52,631 nucleotides of DNA, from positions 1 through 52,631 of the forward strand of contig CANDMH010000001.1 of assembly GCA_947385785.1 (NCBI GenBank). The letters run 5' to 3'. The position numbers were made by a program, and so were the translations under genes. Source of the stretch: an uncultured Lachnospiraceae bacterium. GTDB taxonomy: Bacteria > Bacillota > Clostridia > Lachnospirales > Lachnospiraceae. Below are positions 9,989 to 18,729 of the stretch, piece by piece. Positions within the stretch are counted from its first letter, which is position 1. Each line of letters starts with the position of its first letter. A model generated the notes under the pieces. The model was not told where the DNA came from, ran no database searches, and saw nothing but the letters and a program-made list of their open reading frames with translations.

Positions 9989-10924
9989 CTACATGATCCC
10001 TTCATAACCCTTTCGATTGGTAATCCAGTTGGTCAGAATGACAAGGAATGTATTTATCACCGACTTAAACATACCGATTGCCGTGGTGTAGGAATACTGG
10101 GTGCTTCCTCCCGCGATTCCGTTATTGTATATGTAGATTTCAAATACTTCAAGCTGTTTCTTCACCATGGCGTTGTTCATCAGGAACACCTGTTCGAAAT
10201 CCACTGAAACGATGGAACCCATCTTCAGTATCAGCATGACCACAATGGTAGGCATAATGCTGGGAATGGTAATCTTGAGCATACACTGCAGCTTGGTGGC
10301 ACCGTCCATCCTGGCCGCCTCGTAGAGAGACTGATCCACCCCCGCAATTGCCGCCAGGTATACGATGGAGCCCCATCCTATGCCCTTCCAGAGGGACTGT
10401 ATCACAATGATAGGATAAATGGCTTTGGTATCAAACAGATACGCGTGCGCTTCTCCCCCCAGGGCAATGGCAATCTTGTTCATCACGCCCTGCTCCGAAG
10501 ACAGCAGGAAAAAGGTAAGGCTGGCCACGATAGTCCAGGAAAGGAAGTGGGGAAGGTACACGGAAGTCTGGATAAATTTCTTGAACTTCCCATTCCGCAC
10601 TTCGTTTAATATCAATGCCAGAATGATGGGCGCCGGGAATGTCAGCAGATTCAGCCCGCTGATGACCAGTGTATTGCGAAGCATGGAATAGAACTTGGCG
10701 TCCTTGAAGAGCGTCTGAAAATGCTTCAGCCCAACCCACTCGCTTCCCAGAATCCCCAGGTGCGGATTGTAATTCTGAAAAGCCATCAAAAGCCCCCTCA
10801 TGGGGAGATAATTGAAAAAAAACATCAATAACAGTCCGGGCAGCCCCAGCAGATAGACCCATCTGTACTGATACAGCCTCCTGCCGAGACTTTTCTGCCT
10901 CACATTTACAACCTTTGCCGCCAA
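9989..10924 (-). CDS. Carbohydrate ABC permease (LplB/YteP-like)
   Basis: WVGLKHF, YLPHFLSW and LYEAARMDGA motifs; TTG start with AGGAGG RBS. Confidence 0.95.
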   Translation of the reverse strand: MAAKVVNVRQKSLGRRLYQYRWVYLLGLPGLLLMFFFNYLPMRGLLMAFQNYNPHLGILGSEWVGLKHFQTLFKDAKFYSMLRNTLVISGLNLLTFPAPIILALILNEVRNGKFKKFIQTSVYLPHFLSWTIVASLTFFLLSSEQGVMNKIAIALGGEAHAYLFDTKAIYPIIVIQSLWKGIGWGSIVYLAAIAGVDQSLYEAARMDGATKLQCMLKITIPSIMPTIVVMLILKMGSIVSVDFEQVFLMNNAMVKKQLEVFEIYIYNNGIAGGSTQYSYTTAIGMFKSVINTFLVILTNWITNRKGYEGIM

Positions 10925-11146
10925 CTTGCTGCCTCCTTTTCTCTGAATCTGGAATGTTTCGGAATTTTGTTCTCATGTTCTGCAACTGAGTTTATTTTAT
11001 TATAAAAATTTCACAATTGATATTGAAATGATTCCATCTTTTTTAATAAATTCAATATCGGTGCCTTTCTTTTTTGCGATTGCGGATTGACTTCCCTTTT
11101 TTCTTTTTCTATAATTATGGAAGTAACACAGAAAGGAACAAAATCC

Positions 11147-12655
11147 ATGTACCAGGTAGTGTTTGTAGATGATGAAGCGTTTGTATTGGAAGACTTGAAG
11201 AAGGCCATCGACTGGTTCGGCTTCAATATGGAGATTGCACTGGCCGCCACAGACCCTTCCGAAGTGCTTGACTATATGCGGGAACATCCCGTGCACCTGA
11301 TTCTGACGGATATCTCCATGCCGCAGATGATGGGAACCGAGCTGATCCGGAAAGCCCGGGAGCTCAATCCGTCGGTATCCATTTTAGTCCTCTCGGCTTA
11401 CGATACTTTTGACTATGTGCGTTCGGCCATGCGGGGCGGCGCCGAAAACTACCTTCTCAAGCCCCTGGACCCGGACGAGCTGTCGGAATCCATCAGCACA
11501 ATTGTCCGGCATCTGGACGACCGGAACAAAATCTCCCAGAATTTCGGTCCCTCCATGCTCACCTTCCGCAGCAGTTTCGTGGAGAGCTGGTGCAAGGGCA
11601 GCTTCGGAGAAGATGAGCTGAGCGCCCGCGCCTCCATGCTGGGCGTCAATCTGCAGTTGGACAATTACACCGTGGCCCTGTTTTCCGCGGCCGATGAATA
11701 TTCGGACAAAATGCCTCTGCTCTTTGACACGGTCCTCTCCGCTTTTGTGGGAACCTATATCTGCCACTTTTACTTCGAATCTCCCAGTCTGTTCCTCTGC
11801 ATTTTAAGCAGCCCTGAGAGTTTCAATATCTTCCGGTTCCAGAATGAAGTCGAACGGCTCCGTCCCCTTGTGGACTTTCCGTTTTTCGTGTCCGCAGGCA
11901 CCACGGAAGACAATTACGCGGATGTGTGCAGCAGTTATCATGCCGTTAAAAAATTTCTGCTTTTACGATACTCATCCCTCTCCTTCCTGAACTGCCGTTA
12001 CCTGCTGTTTCCTCTGCACAGACAGCAGATTATCGAACAGAATTTCCAGGAGACGGAGGAGGAAGCCTACCTGGCGGATATTCGGAAAATTCTGGAGTCC
12101 CTGGCTCCGGAACGGCGGCTTTCCCTCCATCTGGCTGTGATAAACTGGGGAATCAGTCAGGCGGAAGGCTTCCTTTCCGCGGAAAAGCTGCCCCCCCTGT
12201 TCTCCGGATACCGCTGTGACGATACAGATACGGAGCGCATTCTGACCAGTATCCGCTCCCTCTTCCGCTCCGTCCGTGAACTGCTGAATGCCCGGGAGCT
12301 GCCCCAGGGCGCTGCCCAGCAATATGTTCGAATGATTATGGATGAGGTACACAATTTTTCCAACAAGGATGTGTCCCTGAAGACACTGGCTGCCCGGCTG
12401 AATATGCATCCTTCCTACCTGGGCTCCATTTTCCATCAGCAGACCGGGTACTACTTCAATGACTATCTGAACGAGGAGCGCCTTAAGTATGCGGCAAAGC
12501 TGATGGAGAACGGCAATATCCGCCTGAAGGACATTGCCGATATGACGGGATTTTCCAGCCAGACCTATTTCAACAGACAGTTCAAAAAACGCTTTAACGC
12601 CTCTCCCAATGCTTACAGGCGGGAGCTGAAGCTGAAAGGACGTGACACCCTGTAG
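11147..12655 (+). CDS. YesN-type response regulator (receiver + AraC HTH)
   Basis: VDDE...LTDISMP...YLLKP receiver domain; C-terminal AraC HTH (GFSSQTYFNRQFKK...SPNAYR). Confidence 0.93.
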   Translation: MYQVVFVDDEAFVLEDLKKAIDWFGFNMEIALAATDPSEVLDYMREHPVHLILTDISMPQMMGTELIRKARELNPSVSILVLSAYDTFDYVRSAMRGGAENYLLKPLDPDELSESISTIVRHLDDRNKISQNFGPSMLTFRSSFVESWCKGSFGEDELSARASMLGVNLQLDNYTVALFSAADEYSDKMPLLFDTVLSAFVGTYICHFYFESPSLFLCILSSPESFNIFRFQNEVERLRPLVDFPFFVSAGTTEDNYADVCSSYHAVKKFLLLRYSSLSFLNCRYLLFPLHRQQIIEQNFQETEEEAYLADIRKILESLAPERRLSLHLAVINWGISQAEGFLSAEKLPPLFSGYRCDDTDTERILTSIRSLFRSVRELLNARELPQGAAQQYVRMIMDEVHNFSNKDVSLKTLAARLNMHPSYLGSIFHQQTGYYFNDYLNEERLKYAAKLMENGNIRLKDIADMTGFSSQTYFNRQFKKRFNASPNAYRRELKLKGRDTL

Positions 12656-12742
12656 CAGGGGCACGTCCTTTTCACGCTGCATGCTTCACGCCTCACTCAA
12701 TGATGGGAAAACACACCTGCTTTCCCGCAGCTGAAGCGCTTC

Positions 12743-14029
12743 TTATATTCCATGCTTCCTTCGGAATTCCATCACATGCTGCCAGTCCTCCCTGCCCAGA
12801 TGGTGGGTTCCCTGCCGCAGGTGGTATCCGATATGCCCCTCATGGAGAGGCTTCGCAGGCAGCGCCAGTTCTTCTTCCCGGGACGACGTAACCCCTTCCC
12901 AGGCTCCATCCTCCAGAACCAGTCCCCGGCAGGCATCTTGTGTCATGCAATTGGGGACTGCGGTAGATGCGCTCTGGCTCACTGCAGCTTCGGTAGCGGC
13001 GGATGCGCTCCGGCTCGCCACTGCTTCGGCTGCACTGGATGCGTTCCGGCTCGCCACTGCTTCGGCTGCAGGAGACTTGCACCGTCTCCCGCAGAGTTCA
13101 AAAGCGGGGGATGCCGCCGCGCAGGCGAGGAATTCCGACAGCGGGTCCGCCCAGCTGTCCTGGGAGGCGCCTGCCACATAGAGATATCTGGGTGCCGTCA
13201 GCGCAAGCAGAAAATGCTGGTCAAAGGGCAGTTCTTCTTCCCGGCCCGCGTAGGATGCAAAATTGCCGCAGAACCAGTGGGCACAGGCATTTCCCGTCAG
13301 ATCCGAAACACGCTCTCCGCACTTTCCCCGAAACAGCGCCGCCCCTCCGGCCCCGGAATCGTTGGACACCGTCAGGATAAACCGCTCGTCCATGGCCCCG
13401 CACAGCAGCGCCGCCTTTCCCAGGCGTGAGTGGCCCATGACAGCCATGCGTCCGGCATCTATCTCAGGACGGTCACGCAGATAATCCGCCGCCCGGGAAG
13501 CGCCGTATGCCCACATACCCAGCTTTCCCCAGCTGTCATAGGGGTTCCTGGTGCAGAAAGTCCCCAGCCCGTTAGCAAAGCCGTCGTTTTTATCCGGGGC
13601 AATTTCCTGATAGCTGATATGAGCCAGGGCAAAGCCATTGTCGATAATCTCTTCCCCCGGTCCGTCCGCCGCAGTCTGCGTAAATCCCAGATATACAAAC
13701 AGGGGCTTTTTCCCGCAATCTCCGGTTTTTGGCACAAACAGTTCAAATGAAAACGTAAAAGCGTTAAACGGAGTGTGAAAGCGCAGCAGTATTTTCTCCC
13801 TGACAGCCTTGCCTCCGTATGCGTTTTCATCCCTGATACTGACTTCCCCCCTGGTAACCACGGGGAACGCGGGAGAAAACCCCGAAAACTCCCGGCACAG
13901 AATCTCCCGAATCTGCGCTCTTCGCTTTTCCCAGTCCTCCGCGCTCCTCACCCTGGAGCCGTCCGGAAAGGAAAGCAGCTCCGGCAGCTTCCTTCTCTCC
14001 AGCTCTTCCTCAATCTTCTTCCATGTCAT
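12743..14029 (-). CDS. CE15-like (glucuronoyl esterase family) alpha/beta-hydrolase esterase
   Basis: WAYGASR, nucleophile motif GHSRLGK, NDSGAGG, PFDQHFLLAL-APR, and C-terminal His (GTHH). Confidence 0.8.
   Translation of the reverse strand: MTWKKIEEELERRKLPELLSFPDGSRVRSAEDWEKRRAQIREILCREFSGFSPAFPVVTRGEVSIRDENAYGGKAVREKILLRFHTPFNAFTFSFELFVPKTGDCGKKPLFVYLGFTQTAADGPGEEIIDNGFALAHISYQEIAPDKNDGFANGLGTFCTRNPYDSWGKLGMWAYGASRAADYLRDRPEIDAGRMAVMGHSRLGKAALLCGAMDERFILTVSNDSGAGGAALFRGKCGERVSDLTGNACAHWFCGNFASYAGREEELPFDQHFLLALTAPRYLYVAGASQDSWADPLSEFLACAAASPAFELCGRRCKSPAAEAVASRNASSAAEAVASRSASAATEAAVSQSASTAVPNCMTQDACRGLVLEDGAWEGVTSSREEELALPAKPLHEGHIGYHLRQGTHHLGREDWQHVMEFRRKHGI
12950..13090. repeat. In-frame ~36-bp tandem repeat inside the esterase gene
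   Basis: Encodes AAEAVASRNASS / AAEAVASRSASA / ATEAAVSQSAST. Confidence 0.8.
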
Positions 14030-14178
14030 TCCGATACCCCCTTTGCAGCCGTCTCTCTGCCTCCCAAATTTGCACTTTCAGGAGCGAAACACCCCTATAT
14101 AAGCCCCCTTCCGTGCGGAATCCTGCAAATTTATTTCGTGACAACTTTGCGCAGGATTTCGTCATTAAGGAACTGTTC

Positions 14179-15645
14179 TTAACAATTCCCAAGTGCCTGA
14201 AAGCCAATCTTCAGACAGCAGGCTCCCTCTGACTCAAGCCCTTCCGGCAGCGCCGCCGTCAATATACCCATATCCGATGAAAATGCCAGTTTACCGTATC
14301 CCAGCAGTTCTACCGACTTAACCGCATATACGTCCCGCAGGCAGTGCAGCGCCGCCGTGTGGGGCCGTCCCATCAGGAAAGCATAAACCGTATTTTCCTT
14401 TGCGGTGTAGCGTACATCATAGGGCGTCCAGACCGTCTCCTTCTCGGCCTCTGTCCGGGTGACGCCCTCGCCGCTGACCAGATAGGGCCTGGTGCCGCGG
14501 ATTCCCTCGCCGTTTACTTCCATCCATCTCCCAATGCCGTCCAGAATATAGCTGCACTCTTCGTCCAGCGTGCCGTCCGGTCTCTGGGGAATGTTCAGCA
14601 GCAGATTCCCGTTCTTCGACACCACGTCCGTCAGCAGATCCGTCACCTGTCTGGCGGATTTATACTCTGCCCTCACGTCGTAGAACCAGTTCCCCAGACA
14701 GGTATCCGTCTGCCAGGGTCTCTCTCTGATCTCTCTGTCCGTGCTGCGCTCGAAATCCAGCGCGCCGATACGGTGATATTCCTCCCGCTTATCTTTATGC
14801 AGATAGATCGACCTGTTCTCCCCGTATTTCCTCTCGCTGGAATTATACAGGTGCGCGGCTATGGACAGCCCCGGCAGCCAGGTGGAATCGTTGATGTCCG
14901 CATCATTGCGGTAAAAGGGCAGGGCGCCGTCCGAGTACAGCAGCTGCGGCTCATACCTGTCCACCGCCTCCTTCACATCCTCATACCACACAGGGAACCA
15001 TCTCCTGTCCCAGGTATAGTGGTGCCGCACATAACCCGGCTCCACCGTGAAAGCATTGTCATGATAAAAGCCCCGCCATTCCGGATCCCGCCCGTCATAA
15101 GGAACCCCCTTCCTGGCGCCCCTGGTGTCACAGAGCTTGTTGGTACTGAACCACTCAAAGCTCGCGCCATGGTGCTCGCTGAGCCCGAACACCAGCCCCT
15201 CCTTCGCAGCCGCCTCTCTCCAGAGCCCTGTGATATCCTTCTTCGGGCCGTAGTTGACGCTGTTATAGGGATTCCTTTTGGAATCATAATTAAAGAAATG
15301 ATCATGGTGCATGGCCTGAGCCACAAAATAGCCTGCACCTGCCTTTTTATACCGCTTCATCAGCTCCCCGGGGTTAAAATTTTCCGCTTTCCAGAGCTGA
15401 ATGATGTCCTTGTACCCCACCTGGGAGGGATGCCCGTAGGTACGCAGATGGTACAGGTACTGGGGCGAGCCCTCCACATACATGTTCCGGGCATACCAGT
15501 CGCCGTACATGGGAACGGACTGGGGACCCCAGTGGGACCAGATGCCGAATTTCGCATCCCGAAACCACTCAGGGCAGGAAAACCGGTACAGGGAATCAAA
15601 GCTCGCCTCAAAGCTTCCCTTCGCTGTTTCATACTGATAATCCAT
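14179..15645 (-). CDS. Alpha-L-fucosidase (GH29)
   Basis: PEWFRDAKFGIWSHWG, HHDHF, nucleophile YSDG, WQTDT, VSKNGNLLLNI; AAGGAGG RBS. Confidence 0.92.
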   Translation of the reverse strand: MDYQYETAKGSFEASFDSLYRFSCPEWFRDAKFGIWSHWGPQSVPMYGDWYARNMYVEGSPQYLYHLRTYGHPSQVGYKDIIQLWKAENFNPGELMKRYKKAGAGYFVAQAMHHDHFFNYDSKRNPYNSVNYGPKKDITGLWREAAAKEGLVFGLSEHHGASFEWFSTNKLCDTRGARKGVPYDGRDPEWRGFYHDNAFTVEPGYVRHHYTWDRRWFPVWYEDVKEAVDRYEPQLLYSDGALPFYRNDADINDSTWLPGLSIAAHLYNSSERKYGENRSIYLHKDKREEYHRIGALDFERSTDREIRERPWQTDTCLGNWFYDVRAEYKSARQVTDLLTDVVSKNGNLLLNIPQRPDGTLDEECSYILDGIGRWMEVNGEGIRGTRPYLVSGEGVTRTEAEKETVWTPYDVRYTAKENTVYAFLMGRPHTAALHCLRDVYAVKSVELLGYGKLAFSSDMGILTAALPEGLESEGACCLKIGFQALGNC

Positions 15646-15665
15646 CCTGTTATCCTCCTTAAGAT

Positions 15666-15760
15666 AACTCGTGAGCGCAAACATCTGCCGCTTTTGTCTC
15701 ACAATACAGCAGCGATCGACACTTCCTTACATTATACTCGCGAACACATTTACTGGCCGC
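15666..15760. repeat. Degenerate family-1 palindromic element
   Basis: ACTCGTGAGCGCAAACATCTGCCGCTTTTG matches the end of the 29665 and 35726 elements. Confidence 0.55.
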
Positions 15761-15773
15761 TTCGGCACGCCCC

Positions 15774-18509
15774 TCACTCTTCATACAGCCAGTCAAGCTT
15801 TTCGGGCGTCTCGCCGGACAGTCCGGCATTCCGCGCCTGGAGATTCGCGTCCGCAGGCACCACGCCCACAATGGTAAAGCCTCCGGTGCCCATATAAATT
15901 TCGTGGGTTCCCTTCTCATAAAAATAAGCGTGAATGTTGCAGTTGGGGCAGTTTTCCGCCTGGAGGGCATTGGCGTACACCACGCTTAAGCCACCTCTGT
16001 CATCCGCGTGCGTGTTGGTCTCCAGGTCCGGGAGCTTGAGCCATTCCACGCCGCCTGCGTTCATGTAGGCAATCAGCAGCTTCACGTCCTGCGGAATCTT
16101 CAGTACAATCCGTGCCCCTTCCGCCATGGCGCTGCCCAATCCAAACCGGATTCCCGTCAGGCCTTTCAGTTCCGGGGCCAGCATGGTAATGGGTGCAGCC
16201 ATATCCGTGAAGATGCTCTCCCCCTTCCGCACCGTGTAGGTCTCACAGCCTGAGCCTTCCAGCTCAAAGCCTGCTCCGGTAAGAGGTTCCGCCTCCTGTC
16301 CATCTCCTTCCTCTGTAGGGAAGATTCCCTGCTCCATCTCCTTAAGATGCTTCTTAAAGCAGTCGAATTCCTTCTCATATTCCGGCAGGCACTGTGTCCA
16401 ATGCCCGAAAGCCGAACCGTCCGTGAAAGGAATCTTCCTCTGCCTGGTCTGCATGCTGCAGGCATACAGATAAGTCTTCTCCGTCAGCTTTGCCAGCCTG
16501 CGATAATGCTCCATGCTCTTCTCCCAGGGGGCCACAGCCGCCCGAAGCAGCCCCAGATCTCCCCGCAGATTCCCGTCCATGGTATATTTATAGCGCAGGA
16601 TGCAGAAAGCCGCCTCCAGCTTTTTCGCGTAGCTTAAGGTAAGTTCAACCATGGCCTGTGCGTCCGTGAACCAATATTCCAGTTCTCTCCCGTTTTTTCC
16701 GGCCTTTCCCTGCACGGAACGTAAAAGCTCCTCCGCTTTTTCCGCGTAAGCCACTGTCTCTCTGCACATGTCCGCCGCAGTCTCCCCGTAGAAAGCTTCC
16801 CCTGCAAGCTCTCTGCGGATTTCATCGTCCGGCTGCTCCCCGGGTGTGGAAACGGAATGCCACAGCTCATAGTTCGGCCGATAGCGTTTGACATTTGTAA
16901 ACTGACTCATGGTCATTCCCAGGCTCATGGTCTGCCTGTTGCCCTCGGTGATGCCCACCCTGCGCAGAATTCTGGGCGCACACTGCCCCAGGGCGTTAAC
17001 CGCGCGGTAAATACGGTTCGCACTGTCCATATCCGTTGAAAAATGCTCTGCCAGCACCTCCCGCCAGTAAAGCCGCTCCGTCTCCGGATCCCTGTCCGGA
17101 TTCCAGGCATACCGAAACCACGCCCGGTACCACAGCCAGTCTCTCTCCGCCTGCAGCAGTCTCTTCTGCTCCTTATCCGGAGAATAAGGCCAGTCCCAGA
17201 AAAACAGAGGATACAGATGCAGTCCGTTACAGCCCAGCCTGCTCCTTCCCGCCTGCATACATTTCTGAATAAATTCGGTGGCTCCGAAACGGAAGGGCTC
17301 CAGATTGGCAACCACATGTACATTCATGATATGCGTCTGCCCGTGGGATGCAAGCCGTACATGGGTATCCTGCCATTTCCCTGCGGGCAGATAAGTGGTC
17401 AGCCCCTCCCCGTTATATTTCCACATGGTATAGAGATGGTCATAAAGAGGCACCGCCTGCTCCATGACAGCATTGGGGTCACAGTCATGTCCCCGCAGAA
17501 TCAAAGGCGGCAGCTCCTCCAGGCCCGTCAGCGCCGCTCCCTCCTTCACAGCCGGGATAATGGTCTGTATGAACCAGTCCGTCTTGTTCTGCAGACCCCT
17601 GAGAGCCTCTCCCAGGCATACCATAAGGCCGATATGGGGAAATGAAGCAATAAATTTCACAATTGCTTTATAAGTGTAGTCTCTGTTCAGCTCCGTAATG
17701 CTGCTCTGAAGCAAATCCACATGATGCTTCTGTGCCAGAGGCAAAGGGACATGGATGCTGTAGAATTTTAACACCAGCCAGATACCGCGCCTGTCGCAGG
17801 CCTGCGTAAGCCAGCCGAACATCTCCCGGTTCTTCTCATATTCCTCTTCCGTCACCTCCAGCGCTTCCGGGTAATCCTCCAGCTTCACCAGGGAAGAAAA
17901 AGGCTGCCCCGTCCACAGATACAGCACATTACAGCGCTCCTCCAGCAGCTGGTCCAGAAATTTCTCCCACATCTCTTTCTCATAAAACCAGGGGAATCTG
18001 GCCGGGGTGATGGGATATTCATAGGTCAGCCTTGGCGGTTCCACTTTTGTCAGCTGCAGTCCGATGGCCGGCCCCCTTAAACGAAATACCGGCCCGTCGC
18101 CGTACGCCAGGTCATGATCCGCCACCGCGTCCGATTCCTCCCTGCCAATTCTCTCCGCAAGCTCCAGCGCGCCGTAGAGAGCTCCCGTCTCCGTACCGCC
18201 TGCCGCCACAAACAGGTTCAGCCCTGACAGAAACGCCAGATAAAAGCCCTCCCCCTCCGGCTCCTTCGTGTGATACAGCAGGAGCTTTTCCTCCTCCAGT
18301 TTCCGGATGAAACCGCCTTCCCGCCTGGTTCCCACATAGATGCTGCTGATGCCATCCCGCACTCCGGCAGCATCGTAATCCCCCTCAGCCACATCCTCTA
18401 TCGCAAACCCCCGGCTGCTTAAGGCCTCCGCAACCTTTTCAAGCCCCGTGGCAATGCGCCTGCTTCCTGTGGCTTCCCTTATGATTCTAACCTTACCTGT
18501 CTGTTCCAT
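15774..18509 (-). CDS. Probable GH138 alpha-galacturonidase (BT0997-like), 911 aa
   Basis: Motifs recalled from Bacteroides GH138 enzymes: YEYP..FPWFY, LYLW.G.PF.SLVKLEDYP.ALEV, VCLGEA, KYNGE.LTTY, NVH..ANLEPFR, WDWPY, TEGNRQT. Confidence 0.75.
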   Translation of the reverse strand: MEQTGKVRIIREATGSRRIATGLEKVAEALSSRGFAIEDVAEGDYDAAGVRDGISSIYVGTRREGGFIRKLEEEKLLLYHTKEPEGEGFYLAFLSGLNLFVAAGGTETGALYGALELAERIGREESDAVADHDLAYGDGPVFRLRGPAIGLQLTKVEPPRLTYEYPITPARFPWFYEKEMWEKFLDQLLEERCNVLYLWTGQPFSSLVKLEDYPEALEVTEEEYEKNREMFGWLTQACDRRGIWLVLKFYSIHVPLPLAQKHHVDLLQSSITELNRDYTYKAIVKFIASFPHIGLMVCLGEALRGLQNKTDWFIQTIIPAVKEGAALTGLEELPPLILRGHDCDPNAVMEQAVPLYDHLYTMWKYNGEGLTTYLPAGKWQDTHVRLASHGQTHIMNVHVVANLEPFRFGATEFIQKCMQAGRSRLGCNGLHLYPLFFWDWPYSPDKEQKRLLQAERDWLWYRAWFRYAWNPDRDPETERLYWREVLAEHFSTDMDSANRIYRAVNALGQCAPRILRRVGITEGNRQTMSLGMTMSQFTNVKRYRPNYELWHSVSTPGEQPDDEIRRELAGEAFYGETAADMCRETVAYAEKAEELLRSVQGKAGKNGRELEYWFTDAQAMVELTLSYAKKLEAAFCILRYKYTMDGNLRGDLGLLRAAVAPWEKSMEHYRRLAKLTEKTYLYACSMQTRQRKIPFTDGSAFGHWTQCLPEYEKEFDCFKKHLKEMEQGIFPTEEGDGQEAEPLTGAGFELEGSGCETYTVRKGESIFTDMAAPITMLAPELKGLTGIRFGLGSAMAEGARIVLKIPQDVKLLIAYMNAGGVEWLKLPDLETNTHADDRGGLSVVYANALQAENCPNCNIHAYFYEKGTHEIYMGTGGFTIVGVVPADANLQARNAGLSGETPEKLDWLYEE

Positions 18510-18537
18510 TTTTCCCTCTATCCTTTCTGCAATTGCT

Positions 18538-18714
18538 CAGGAATTGTCCGGAAAATAACCGATACCGTTTCTTATACCCACAAACGTGATTCATTGCCGT
18601 CTGCACAGTATAACGAGTGAACGCATCGGCAATCCAGAGCTGAAATTAAATGCGTTCACGTGTATAAGGAAAAACGGCTTTAAACACGTATCAGTTATCT
18701 GCGGACAATTTCCC
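18538..18714. repeat. Composite repeat: family-1 element (18573..18666) nested between inverted family-2 arms
   Basis: CAGGAATTGTCCGGAAAATAACCGATAC ... GTATCAGTTATCTGCGGACAATTTCC flank a TATAC...GTATA element. Confidence 0.65.
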
Positions 18715-18729
18715 GGAGACTTCCTGAAA

